Source: Alphaproteobacteria bacterium (GTDB taxonomy: Bacteria; Pseudomonadota; Alphaproteobacteria; SP197). From it: a stretch of 64,000 nt of DNA. Both the position numbers and the translations under genes were made by a program. The notes beneath the pieces were generated by a model that saw nothing but the letters and a program-made list of their open reading frames with translations, had not been told where the DNA came from and made no database searches. Where the stretch lies: contig OZ219747.1 in the NCBI GenBank assembly GCA_964291265.2, positions 2,880,001-2,944,000 on the forward strand. The letters run 5' to 3'. This document shows positions 10,411-22,751 of this stretch, one piece after another (within the stretch, counting starts at the first letter, position 1; each line of letters begins with the position of its first letter).

Positions 10411-11672
10411 TTCCTTCCACGTCACCGCCCTCCGCCTCGACGTCGCCGGAGACCGCTCGCGAGCCACTGAGGACTGCGGAGTTTGCCGAAGCGATGGCGG
10501 CGCTGGCTCCCTTCGAATCCTGTCCCCGCCTGGCTGTGGCTCTCTCCGGCGGACCCGACAGCACGGCGCTTCTGCTGCTGCTCGACGAATGGGTGCGGGC
10601 CCGTGACGGTACGCTGGTGGCCTTCATCGTCGACCATGGTCTGAGGCACGGATCTGCCGTGGAGGCGCGGGCGGTGGCGCGGCGCTGGACGAGGCGAGGC
10701 ATCGCGTCAAGGGTGCTGACCTGGAGCGGACCGAAACCGGCACACGCCATCGAGGAGACGGCGCGTCACGCGCGCTATCGCCTCCTCGAGACAGCCTGTC
10801 GTCGTTGCGGCGTTCTCCACCTTCTCACCGCGCACCATCGTCAGGACCACCAGGAAACGGTTGCCTTGCGCCTCGAGGCCGGCAGCGGACTGATGGGTCT
10901 CGCCGGCATGTCACGCTGTGTCGAGCGGCCGGGCTTCAGAATCCTCAGACCGCTGCTCGGTTTTCATCCCGTACGCCTGAAGGCGACTCTCCGGGAGAGA
11001 GGCGAACACTGGCTTGACGACCCCATGAACAGGGACTCCAGATTCGCCCGTGTCCGCCTGCGCCAGCAGGGTGTTCCGGAGTGCATTCCCGGCCACTCCG
11101 AAAGACGAACGGAACTGGAACGGGAACTCGCCCGTCTTCTGCCCCGCATGGCCCACGTCGACGTCCGGGGTGTGGCGACGCTCGATCGCCCCGGCTGGCA
11201 GTGCCTGCCGAGGCACTTGTGCCACCTGGTTCTGGAACGTCTGGCGATGGTCGTGGGGGGACGCGCCTATCCTCCGGCCACCCGCAAGACGGACCGGCTG
11301 GCTCGGCTGCTTCACGCGGAGGCGCCGGTGGCAGCCACACTTGGCGGCTGCCGGTGGCGGGGTGGCAGGGAGGTGACGGTGCGGCGCGAGATGCGGAATC
11401 TGCCCGTCATCGAGGGGCATGGCGGGGAAGGAGAGGTTCTCTGGGACGGACGGTTCCGCGTGTCGGTGCCGGACGGCCCCTGGCGCATCCGCCCTGCCGG
11501 AGACTCCTTTCCGGTGGTCGAGCGGCTCTCGATCGAGCCCTGGTCTCCTGACTCCTTCTCCATCCGTTTCGCGCCGCTGCAGCCCCTCACCGGCCCGCTT
11601 TTCCGGAATGGTAGATCAGGCAATCAGCAAGGTGGCGCGGGCACTGGAAATTCGCTCGTTCAGTCACCATAA
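10401..11672 (+). CDS. tilS: tRNA(Ile)-lysidine synthase
   Basis: PP-loop AVALSGGPDSTAL, VDHGLR, ARHARY, TAHH..DHQET, RPLL; start could be downstream. Confidence 0.92.
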   Translation: MQLIPSTSPPSASTSPETAREPLRTAEFAEAMAALAPFESCPRLAVALSGGPDSTALLLLLDEWVRARDGTLVAFIVDHGLRHGSAVEARAVARRWTRRGIASRVLTWSGPKPAHAIEETARHARYRLLETACRRCGVLHLLTAHHRQDHQETVALRLEAGSGLMGLAGMSRCVERPGFRILRPLLGFHPVRLKATLRERGEHWLDDPMNRDSRFARVRLRQQGVPECIPGHSERRTELERELARLLPRMAHVDVRGVATLDRPGWQCLPRHLCHLVLERLAMVVGGRAYPPATRKTDRLARLLHAEAPVAATLGGCRWRGGREVTVRREMRNLPVIEGHGGEGEVLWDGRFRVSVPDGPWRIRPAGDSFPVVERLSIEPWSPDSFSIRFAPLQPLTGPLFRNGRSGNQQGGAGTGNSLVQSP

Positions 11673-11702
11673 TATCAGTCAGAACAGGGCATCGAGACGG
11701 TC

Positions 11703-13624
<1,922 letters not shown>

Positions 13625-13628
<4 letters not shown>

Positions 13629-14692
13629 CCTCACCGATCGTCAACACCGACCCCGACGGCCTTGCCGACGCCTTCACCCCTGACTGCAGGCCTTACATCA
13701 GGCCGGTGCAGGGCGCCGGGTCGATGGAGGTCATCGTGCGCAGGCCCGATGGACTCCTCGCTGCGAGGATCGATGTCTCCGGCGTGGAGGCGTGGGCCGA
13801 ACGCATCCCGGAACACGCGGCCCGGCGTCTTGCCACTCTCGTCGGCCGTCTTCGTTCACCTCCGTCGTCCTTTGCCGGGCTCGACCTGGCGGAGCCCCGG
13901 GTCATGGGCATCATCAACACGACACCCGACAGTTTCTCCGATGCCGGCAAGGCCCTCGATCCCCACGATGCCATGGCACAAGGTGAGGCCATGCTGGAGG
14001 AGGGTGCTGCCATTCTCGACGTCGGCGGGGAATCGACCCGCCCCGGGGCCGAACCGGTGGACTGCCATGTCGAGTCGGGGAGAGTCCTGCCGGTGATCAG
14101 TCACCTTGCAGGCACCGGGGCCCTGGTCTCCGTTGACAGCCGCAAGGCGGACGTGATGCGTGCGGCCATTGCCGCCGGGGCTGCCATTGTCAACGATGTC
14201 AGTGCGCTCACCCATGACCCTCGTTCCATGGATGTCGTGGCCGGGGCAGGCGTGCCGGTCATTCTCATGCACGCGCTTGGTGATCCGCGCACGATGCAGG
14301 ATGCGCCAGCCTATGATCATGTCAGTCTCGACATCCACGACTATCTCGAGAGCAGAATCGCCGCCTGTCTTGAAGCCGGTATCGCCCGCCGCGACATTGC
14401 CATTGATCCGGGGATCGGATTCGGCAAGACGCTCGCTCACAACATGACTCTTCTCGGCCACCTGGCGTTGTTTCACGCTCTCGGCTGTCCCATTCTTCTG
14501 GGCGCGTCACGCAAGGGATTCATCGGTCGGATCACGGGAGAGGAAAGACCCGAAAGGCGCCTTGGCGGCAGCATCGCGGCGGCGCTGGCCGGGGTGGCAG
14601 CCGGCGTACAGCTCCTCCGGGTTCATGATGTGGCTGACACGGTGCAGGCAGCAAGGATGTGGTCAGGCATTGCGGAGTCGGTATCGACATGA
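13625..14692 (+). CDS. folP: Dihydropteroate synthase
   Basis: [42 protein letters not shown]. Confidence 0.95.
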
Positions 14693-16038
14693 GGCAGTTG
14701 TTCGGGACCGACGGCATACGTGGCCGGGCCAATCGCGAACCCATGACCGTCGAGACGGCATCGCGGGCAGGCATGGCGGCCGGAGTCCACTTCCGCAGGG
14801 GCGATCACACGCATCGTGTCGTCATCGGCAAGGACACTCGACTTTCCTGCTACATGATCGAGTACGCCATGGCCTCGGGATTCGTGAGCGTCGGCGTGGA
14901 TGTCCTGCTCATCGGCCCGGTGCCGACGCCCGGTGTGGCGACTCTGACACGTTCAATGCGTGCCGATCTCGGGGTGATGATCTCGGCATCCCACAATTCC
15001 TTCGAGGACAACGGGATCAAGCTCTTCGGCCCCGATGGCTACAAGCTCTCCGACTCCGTGGAAGCGGCCATCGAGACGGGCATGGCCGGAGACCTGTCCG
15101 CAGCCAGGGTGGATGCCGGACAACTGGGACGTGTGCGGCGTCTCCAGGGCGCTCTCGGCCGCTATTCCGAGTTCTGCAAGAACATCTTTCCGAGAAAGCT
15201 GCGTCTGGACGGTCTGAAGGTTGTCGTCGATGCGGCCAACGGTGCGGGATACAGGGTGGTGCCCGAAGCACTCTGGGAACTCGGCGCCGATGTCATTCCC
15301 CTGGGTGTCGAACCGGACGGCACGAACATCAACCGGAACTGCGGTTCGACTGCGCCAGGAGCGATGCAGGAGGCGGTGAGGGAAAATGGCGCCGATCTCG
15401 GCATCGCCATTGACGGGGATGCGGACCGCGCTGTCTTCGCCGACGAGAACGGGACGCTCGTCGATGGAGACCAGGTCGTGGCATTGCTCGGCGGCTGGCT
15501 GAACCGGCACGGCAAACTCTCCGGTGACGCCGTCGTCGGTACCGTGATGTCGAATCTCGGCCTTGAACGCTTCTTTCAGGAACGCGGTCTTCAGTTCGAG
15601 CGCGCACCCGTGGGAGACCGCTACATCGTGGAGCGCATGCGTGACAGGGGTTGCAATTTTGGTGGCGAACCTTCCGGCCACATGGTCTTCGCCGATCACG
15701 CGACCACCGGCGACGGTCTCATTGCCGCCCTGCAGGTCCTTGCTGTCCTTGTCGGGAGCGGACGGCCCATGAGTGAGGTCGCAAACCAGTTCGAAGCGGT
15801 TCCGCAAGTAGCATGCAATGTTCGCCTCAATGGCAGAGCGTCTCTGGCAAGCGACTCGGTTCAGGCCGTACTGGCCTCGTCACGGGCCCGTCTCGCCGCT
15901 GACGGGCGTCTCGTGGTGCGCGAATCGGGAACCGAACCGCTGATCCGAATCATGGTGGAGCACCCCGACGGCGGTCTCGCTCAACGTCTCGCGAGCGAGC
16001 TCGAGAGCGCCATCCGCCTTGCAGCCGGCGACGCATGA
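14689..16038 (+). CDS. glmM: Phosphoglucosamine mutase
   Basis: [37 protein letters not shown]. Confidence 0.97.
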   Translation: MRQLFGTDGIRGRANREPMTVETASRAGMAAGVHFRRGDHTHRVVIGKDTRLSCYMIEYAMASGFVSVGVDVLLIGPVPTPGVATLTRSMRADLGVMISASHNSFEDNGIKLFGPDGYKLSDSVEAAIETGMAGDLSAARVDAGQLGRVRRLQGALGRYSEFCKNIFPRKLRLDGLKVVVDAANGAGYRVVPEALWELGADVIPLGVEPDGTNINRNCGSTAPGAMQEAVRENGADLGIAIDGDADRAVFADENGTLVDGDQVVALLGGWLNRHGKLSGDAVVGTVMSNLGLERFFQERGLQFERAPVGDRYIVERMRDRGCNFGGEPSGHMVFADHATTGDGLIAALQVLAVLVGSGRPMSEVANQFEAVPQVACNVRLNGRASLASDSVQAVLASSRARLAADGRLVVRESGTEPLIRIMVEHPDGGLAQRLASELESAIRLAAGDA

Positions 16039-16851
16039 ACAAGGCCGTGCGCTGTCCCTTCCATCAGGTCGATGCCTTTGCCGGCGAAGCGTTCAGGGGC
16101 AATCCTGCTGCGGTGATGATTCTGGAATCGTGGTTGCCCGACACGACGTTGCAGGCCATCGCGGCAGAGAACAACCTTTCCGAGACGGCTTTCCTCGTGC
16201 GGCAGGCGGACCGGGACTATGAATTGCGCTGGTTCACGCCGATTGTCGAAGTGCCTCTCAAGCGGTCATGCCACGCTTGCTTGCGCGTTCGTCATCATGA
16301 CGGAGGTCGACGCGACGGCGGACGAGGTGTGGTTCGTCACGGCGAGCGGCCGGCTCGGCGCGCGCCGCAGGGGCGACATGTTCGCCCTCGACTTCCCGGC
16401 AGAGACCCCGGTGGCATGTGAACCGCCAGGTGACGTCGTCGCGGCCGTCGGCACGCCACCGGCAGAGACCCTGTGCGGCAGCAATCATCTCTTCGTTTAC
16501 GCCAGTGAGGCAGAGGTTCGCGCTCTGGAACCGGACATGAGGGATCTCGGCGACGCACTCGGGGAAGGGGGCAGGGGCGTGATCGCCACGGCCCCCTGTT
16601 CAAGCGACGCCGGGGATGTCGTCTCCCGGTACTTCGCTCCTCGTCAAGGAATCCCGGAAGACCCTGTCACCGGTTCGGCCCACTGCATGATCGTCCCCTA
16701 CTGGGCTGCCCGCCTGGGCAAGGAGACCATCCATGCCCTTCAGGTGTCGCGCCGTGGTGGCGAACTCCATTGCCTATTGAGGCACGACAGGGTCGACATT
16801 GCCGGCCAGGTGGCGGTATTCATCAAGGGGGTTGCCTCGATACCGTCATGA
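16035..16851 (+). pseudogene. PhzF-family isomerase/epimerase, frameshifted
   Basis: Frame 1: QVDAF..GNPAAV..NLSETAF..RWFTPIVEVPL; a second frame continues (S)GHATLA...EDPVTGSAHC...QVSRRGG; one extra base at ~16260. Confidence 0.85.
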
Positions 16852-17630
16852 CGGGAGATCTCGATCGGTTGCGCTCCATGCTCGTCGACGCCCGGCGCAT
16901 TGTCGTCTTCACGGGCGCGGGGATCTCGACCGAGTCGGGCATTCCTGACTTTCGCAGTCCCGGTGGCGCCTGGTCGCGCACCCCGCCGATCATGTTCGAC
17001 GACTTCATGACTTCCATCGAGGCACGGCGCGAGTCATGGCGCCGCCGGATCGAGATCGAGCGCGACATGGTCGATGCAAGACCCAATCCCGGTCACGCGG
17101 CCGTGGCTCTGCTCGTGGCCACGGGCAAGGTGAGCGCCGTCATCACGCAGAACATCGACGGGCTGCACCAGGCCTCGGGTGTTCCCGAGGAAAAGGTCAT
17201 CGAACTTCACGGCAACAGCACCTATGCCACCTGTCTTGCCTGTGACGAACGACATGCCCTGGATCCCATCCTCAGGGCCTTCCGTGCGGATGGCACGATT
17301 CCTCGGTGCCGCATCTGTGGCGGCATCGTCAAGACGGCGACCATCTCCTTCGGCCAGCCGATGCCCGTCGAAGCGATGGACAGGGCGCGTACCGCTGCGC
17401 TTTCCTGCGATCTTCTTCTTGCCATCGGTTCCTCGCTCGTGGTCTGGCCGGCGGCCTCCTTCCCGCTGCTCGCCAAGCGGAACGGTGCGACCCTCGTCAT
17501 ACTCAATCGCGAGGCTACCGACCACGACCAGAATGCCGACCTCGTCCTCCACCGCGAGATCGGCCCGACACTGTCGACAGTGGTGAGCTTCGCTCCCGGA
17601 CGGGGGCGCCCCCGTGTTCCGCCGGAGTGA
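16848..17630 (+). CDS. cobB: Sir2-family NAD-dependent protein deacylase
   Basis: TGAGISTESGIPDFR, ITQNIDGLHQ, ELHG, CxxC...CxxC, GSSLVVWPAA, LNRE. Confidence 0.92.
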   Translation: MTGDLDRLRSMLVDARRIVVFTGAGISTESGIPDFRSPGGAWSRTPPIMFDDFMTSIEARRESWRRRIEIERDMVDARPNPGHAAVALLVATGKVSAVITQNIDGLHQASGVPEEKVIELHGNSTYATCLACDERHALDPILRAFRADGTIPRCRICGGIVKTATISFGQPMPVEAMDRARTAALSCDLLLAIGSSLVVWPAASFPLLAKRNGATLVILNREATDHDQNADLVLHREIGPTLSTVVSFAPGRGRPRVPPE

Positions 17631-17714
17631 GCCTGGCTCCCGGAACGCGGCGTACCCGTCGGTGGACCGGTGTCTCCCGAGGATGGCACAATGCTCCGGG
17701 GATTGTGTCGGAGA

Positions 17715-18431
17715 CCAGCGCCTCCGCGACGGCAAGCTCCACGTCCCGAAGACCGGGTCGCTGACGCTGCGGCACGGAGGAGGGAACCCTCGACCCCGAC
17801 GGAGAGCTTGGTCCGCGCCGTCATCGGGCGGATCAGCGGCATTCAGCATGTGATCCGTCTGCTGCCAGGACGGCCATCGAGAGCCATGAGGACGGCACCG
17901 TGACCCCGACATCGACATGAACGTGGGCCAGGTCGCCACCAGCGACGGCGTAATCCTTCATGCGCCGGACACGGACCGCCCTGAAGCGCGACAAATCCAG
18001 GCGGTGTGAACGCACCCGCCGCCGCCGTGCCCGGTCATGAAGCGGCGCAACCGGCGACACCGGGTCTCGCTGGAGCCGGCGGTGAGCGGAACTGTCGTCG
18101 TGGAAGACCTCGGCACACGAGGCATGATCAGGAGTGTGAAGGGCGCGGTCGAGCATTCGGGAGCGAACGTGAAGGCGAAGTCCGGGCTGAACCGTGACAT
18201 CCTCGCAGCCGGCTGGTGCCGCGTATACCAGCCAGACGTGTGCGGAACGGCGGAAGCTGTCGGCGCGTCCGTCGCAGACGACACTCACATGCCTGGCCCG
18301 TAGCCATGCGGCCCCGGATACGGCCGGCACCATCAGGCGTCGCGGAATGGCACACCTCAAGCCGAGAAGGAGCGTTGCCGCTGGAGGGCACTCCGATGAT
18401 CCGTGAAACGGATCGAAGGCTGGCGGCATGA
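17715..18431 (+). pseudogene. tnpB: Degenerate IS200/IS605-family TnpB (RuvC-like nuclease) relic
   Basis: Fragments across frames: DGKLHVPKTG, IDMNVGQVATSDG (RuvC-I), VVVEDLGTRGM...NVKAKSGLNRDILAAGW (RuvC-II), AYTSQTCAE (zinc-ribbon start), ETDRRLAA*; several frameshifts and deletions, boundaries approximate. Confidence 0.8.
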
Positions 18432-18564
18432 ACCCTGCAGTCAGCAATACAGGCCCGAGGCTCCGCCTGCAAACGCCTGGCGGTCCGCACGGGACGCAAC
18501 CGGTTCATTGTGCCGGTGAACGAACCTGTGGCAGGTTCGGACTGTCAAGTCTGGAGGGGCCCTT

Positions 18565-19602
18565 GTGGAAGGCGAATACGCGCAGCCGGTTCAATCGACT
18601 CCGTTTGAGGATGGATACGCCATGCCGGGCCGCTTCGCACGGCATGCCCGCACGTTGCTGACATGGTCGCCGATCGAGGAAGAGGTCGGAACGGACGTTG
18701 ACGGATTTCGCGATGAGCTGGAAGCAACAGCCCGGGCCATCAGCCGCTTCGAGCCCGTCACGCTGGTCGTGGACCCGCGCGACGAGGACGACGCCCGCAG
18801 CCGCCTTGGCGGCGAGGTGGAGCTGCTCGTGGTGCCGGTCGACAACTGCTGGCTGAGGGACAACGGGCCGATCTTCGTTCGCAACAAGTCGGGCGATGTA
18901 GCGGGCGTCCACTTCGGATTCAACGGATGAGGCGGCCGTTATCCCTATGGCAAGACGCAGGAGATGCCGGGTCCGGTTGTCGAGCATCTCGGGTTGCGCT
19001 GTTATCGGACGCCCTTCATCTGCGAAGGCGGCGGCATCTCGGTGGACGGGGAGGGCACACTGATCACCACCGAGCAGGTCATGCGGAACGACAACCGCTA
19101 TCACGGGATGTCGAGAGACCACATCGAGGCCATGCTCCATGACCACCTGGGCATCACCCGCGTGATCTGGCTCGGACTCGGTCTGGTTGAGGACATCGAA
19201 ACGGACGGACACGTTGACAACGTGGTCGAATTCATCGAACCGGGGCGTGTTCTTGTCCAGGTCGTATCCGAACGTTCCAACCCGAACCATGCGCTCCTGC
19301 AGGAGAACCTGCGGCGCCTCGTCGACGCCACGGATGCGAAGGGACGGTCGCTCGACATCGTCGAGATGCCGGTGCTGCCCTACCGGCAGTACGCCTCGAA
19401 GCAGTATGTCATTCCCTACACGAATGCGTATGTCTGCAACGGCGCCATCATCGCGCCACAGGCCGATCCAAGGCACGATGACCAGGGATGGTCCATTCTC
19501 GAGAGCGCTTTTCCGGGCCGCGACATCGTGCCTGTCCCCAGTCTCTGGCAGGCCGTCGGTGGCGGCGGCATCGGCTGCGTCACCCAGCAGGTCCCGGCGT
19601 GA
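18565..19602 (+). pseudogene. Agmatine/peptidyl-arginine deiminase family gene with in-frame TGA
   Basis: WLRDNGP, EGGGISVDGEGT, TDGHVDN, YTNAY, GGGGIGCVTQQ; ORFs 18565 and 18964 are in one frame, split by TGA at 18928-18930. Confidence 0.85.
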
Positions 19603-19767
19603 GGACAAATCCCATGCAAGAACCGGCCGATGTGTGACGCCTGTGCCTGATGCTCCCCCACTGAAACCACGACAACAGGGAAGGAACACGATCCCGGAAA
19701 AGCGCGGCGAATCGCCGAAATCCCGCCGGTCCATGCAGAAACCGACAGCAGGGGTTAAGCAGTGACA

Positions 19768-21434
19768 GGGTGTGAGTCTAGTATGGCAGTTATGTTATGG
19801 TCTTAAGTTATGGACTTAGTTCCATTGTTTCATCTCATGCGGCCAGCGCCTGGGTGTGATGTAGGCTGATGTTGTTGTTGGCTGGTGCGTTGTCGCCCTC
19901 GATCATGGCGGTCCACGCGCTCTCGAAGCGGCCGGATTTGATGAGGGCGCGGAAGGTGAGAACGGCTTGTCCGCCGACGATGCGCCAGCGCATGCCGGAG
20001 CGCTTCATGCGCTGTGTGACGAGGGTCTTGTTGGCTGCCTCGACAAGTCCCGAGCCGATGGCGATCCCCTGTTGCTTCAGTGCGTGGTAGCGCATGCGGT
20101 GGCGATGCTTGCGGAAGAAGGCCAGTTCCCTGTCGATGTCGGCTCGGCCCGCCGGCTTGGCGGTGTCGCGAAGGTGGCGCAGCGCCCGGATCACCCTGTC
20201 GATGCCGCGGGGGTCGTGACGCAGGATCTCGCGGTACTTCTCGAACCAGTGGGGCGCCGCTGCATGATCGGCCACCACGCGCAGATGCTCGCAGGCATGC
20301 CAGAAGTCGATCACCTCGGTCTCGGGATCAAGACCAGAGAGGAAGGTCCAGTTGTCGGCGGCGGCGTCGGCGATGGCGCTGATCCTGATCTCGGGACGCT
20401 TGCGCCTGATATGCGCGACCTCGCTTGCCAGCTGCGCCTTCAGCGTGCACTTGCCGCGCTCGGGCATGCGGCCGAGATAGACGGTCTTCAGGCGCTCACC
20501 GTCGGCGTCGTGGAAGGAGACTGTGCCACAGGCCGCCTCGCGCCAGCAGGCCTCGCTACGGCCGTCCTCGCCGGCCCGCAGCGCCACCATGACGCCGTCG
20601 AGCGAGACCGAGGCGGTGACCGCGTCCTGCGGGATGTCCTCGGCTTCCCGGATGCCATCCAGGGCCTGCGGGCCGAGACGTTCCCAACGCTCCTGCATGG
20701 TCAGGCTCAAGCGCTGCAAGGTGCTCACAGACGGCGTCACGGCGCCGAGCTTGTCGAAGAACGCCTCCGCTTCCCGCGCCGTGCAGTGGACCATCATCAT
20801 CAGCCCAAGCTGAGCCGCCGGCCGTGTCAGGTAGTCGTCGACGAGGCCCAGGCTTTCGTCCACCGGCATCAGCGACCGGCAGTGCCCGCCGGTGCGATAG
20901 CGCGCACGCCGAAAGGTCACCGGGCCGAGCGAGGTCATGATCGTCTTCGGCGTCGGCGCCACACGGAACCAGTTCTGCCCGTCCCGTTCGATCCGGGGCG
21001 CACCGTCGTCCCGGGCCTCGGCACAGGCACCCAGGATCTCGCAACCAAGCGCGTGCACGCTCTCAAGCACCCGCCGCTCCGCTTCCTCGAAGGCCTCGGC
21101 AGAGCGCTCTGAACCAAGCTGTCGATGACACACCGCGGTCACTTGCGTGACCGCTTCGACAACCCGAGGCGGCAAGCCGGAAAGATCGATGGACGCGGAA
21201 GGCCGAAGCTGTGACACTGACATGGGAGCGCTCCTGATGTTGTGGTTTCAAGCCAGCATCATATCGCATCTTGCGGTGCGGAGCGTTCCCGCATCCACCG
21301 CCAAGCCCTGCTGTCGTGACAAAATCCGGTCCTGAAACGGGCAATTGTCACGAAACCCCGTTTTCGTCGTTCCATCGCGAACGCACAACCGTGATAAATC
21401 AATGACTTGGCTTCGCCATACGAGAACTACACCC
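19768..21434 (-). mobile_element. Insertion sequence, ISKra4/ISLre2-like (IS256-related), 1667 bp
   Basis: Imperfect TIRs GGGTGTGAGTCTAGTATGGC / GGGTGTAGTTCTCGTATGGC (16/20) flanked by 8-bp direct repeat CAGTGACA at 19760-19767 and 21435-21442. Confidence 0.9.
19835..21223 (-). CDS. DDE transposase, ISKra4/ISLre2-like
   Basis: SLDGVMV, IADAA, IDFWHACEHL, RMRY, IGSGLVEAANK, QRMKRSGMRW. Confidence 0.88.
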   Translation of the reverse strand: MSVSQLRPSASIDLSGLPPRVVEAVTQVTAVCHRQLGSERSAEAFEEAERRVLESVHALGCEILGACAEARDDGAPRIERDGQNWFRVAPTPKTIMTSLGPVTFRRARYRTGGHCRSLMPVDESLGLVDDYLTRPAAQLGLMMMVHCTAREAEAFFDKLGAVTPSVSTLQRLSLTMQERWERLGPQALDGIREAEDIPQDAVTASVSLDGVMVALRAGEDGRSEACWREAACGTVSFHDADGERLKTVYLGRMPERGKCTLKAQLASEVAHIRRKRPEIRISAIADAAADNWTFLSGLDPETEVIDFWHACEHLRVVADHAAAPHWFEKYREILRHDPRGIDRVIRALRHLRDTAKPAGRADIDRELAFFRKHRHRMRYHALKQQGIAIGSGLVEAANKTLVTQRMKRSGMRWRIVGGQAVLTFRALIKSGRFESAWTAMIEGDNAPANNNISLHHTQALAA

Positions 21435-21449
21435 CAGTGACAATTGTCG

Positions 21450-21756
21450 ATAGGTTCAGGATGCGTTCGTCGTGAGTCGCTTCCAGGGGACCATTTCCTC
21501 CATGCTTCCGGTGAGCCGCTTGCGCTCTAAGCATCTGGTCCGCCTTGGTCGGGAATTCCTCCGGCCGAGAGCACGGGTCGTCCACCAGTGGCGTGAACAG
21601 ATCCGTCCGCTACGCTGACAACAGGGGCCGGCGCGTCCATCTCATCACGGATGCAGCGTCGAAGCATGTCCTTGGCGGATGGATTTCTTAAGCGGAAGCC
21701 CTGCCCATGGCTTCCAGCGGCAGGGATGCCTCAATGAGCTTCCTGCGGTGCTTCAT
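21450..21756 (-). pseudogene. N-terminal remnant of DUF1156 (adenine DNA methyltransferase-associated) gene
   Basis: Manual translation from ATG overlapping the ParA stop: MKHRRKLIEASLPLEAMGRASA* / KKSIRQGHASTLHP** / WTRRPL...LVDDPCSRPEEFPT, matching the DUF1156 pattern [36 protein letters not shown]..FPT. Confidence 0.75.
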
Positions 21757-22751
21757 GCCGAAAGCCCGATTTTCGTCCGGATCAAGTCCGCCAGCTTCTT
21801 GAAATCACGATAGGCGTCGGAAACGGCCGCTGCATGGCCTCCGATCGCGCCGTCGGCCGTGTTAAGGCGGAAAACGGGTTTTCGAACCTCCTGCGCCATG
21901 GGAACCAGACTTCGATAGTGCCGGACGGTCGCAAGGCAGTTCTCGTCGTTGCTCGGCATGTCCGGAAAAGGCCCTGCGTCGCAACTCAACAGGTGCCGTC
22001 GGTAGGCCTCGGGCATGCGGTTGACCCACTTGTCGTAGGCCCGCACCGGCCGGCCAAGACGTACGCCATGCTGCTGAACGACGTATCCAATCGGTCTCAT
22101 TCCGCCGTGGGGCAGTTCGAAGCCGGGCCGGGCCCAGTTATCTCGGCGTTTCGACCATTCGCTCGTCCACCTCGTCAGCGTTGGACCCAGGTTCCTCAGG
22201 CCTCGGAGGGAGAACAGGTCTGCTCCCAGCGGCGCGATGACGTGATCGGTTGCGACCAGCGCCGAGCGGTTCAGAGCGCCAAGATTGGGGCCGACATCCA
22301 CGAGGATGATGGTCGCGTCGATGGCCTTGGCGCCGATCTGCATGACCTGCCAGAACGCAGTGAGGATGCGGAATGGGCGGTACAGATTGGATTCGCCGAG
22401 GGCGTTGGGCCATTCGCTTGAAAGGCTGTCCTCGAAACTGGAGAGCGCCAGGTCGCCGGAAATGAGTCCAAGTGTTTCGGTGATCTGCTTCACCTGCGGT
22501 TCCTGCAAGTCCCCCACCTCCGTCAACGGCTGGATGCACTGGTAGATTGTCTGACTCTTTGCGCCGTCCTCCCACAGTGACTCGAGCGCACGTTCGTCGA
22601 GGAAAGTTGCAGTCAGGTTGGCTTGCGGATCGAGGTCGCAGGCCAGTACGCGCTCGCCGATCTCCGACAGCATCCAGGCGAGGTGGTAGACAAGTGACGT
22701 CTTGCCGACGCCTCCCTTGTTGTTGAAAAAGGTCAGGACGGGCGTAGCCAT
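21753..22751 (-). CDS. Orphan ParA/Soj-family ATPase
   Basis: Deviant Walker A FNNKGGVGKTS, DLDPQANLT, VDVGPNLGALNR; GGAGG RBS; no parB nearby. Confidence 0.9.
   Translation of the reverse strand: MATPVLTFFNNKGGVGKTSLVYHLAWMLSEIGERVLACDLDPQANLTATFLDERALESLWEDGAKSQTIYQCIQPLTEVGDLQEPQVKQITETLGLISGDLALSSFEDSLSSEWPNALGESNLYRPFRILTAFWQVMQIGAKAIDATIILVDVGPNLGALNRSALVATDHVIAPLGADLFSLRGLRNLGPTLTRWTSEWSKRRDNWARPGFELPHGGMRPIGYVVQQHGVRLGRPVRAYDKWVNRMPEAYRRHLLSCDAGPFPDMPSNDENCLATVRHYRSLVPMAQEVRKPVFRLNTADGAIGGHAAAVSDAYRDFKKLADLIRTKIGLSA

Noticed and set aside
16848-17630. Sir2 gene beside the island as a possible defence NADase
   Set aside because: Has the zinc-binding Cys pairs and full CobB-type deacylase motifs and is coupled to the glmM operon; looks housekeeping
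18928-18930. UGA as selenocysteine or an alternative genetic code
   Set aside because: The position is a conserved Trp, not Cys, and TGA is the normal stop of many core genes in the window
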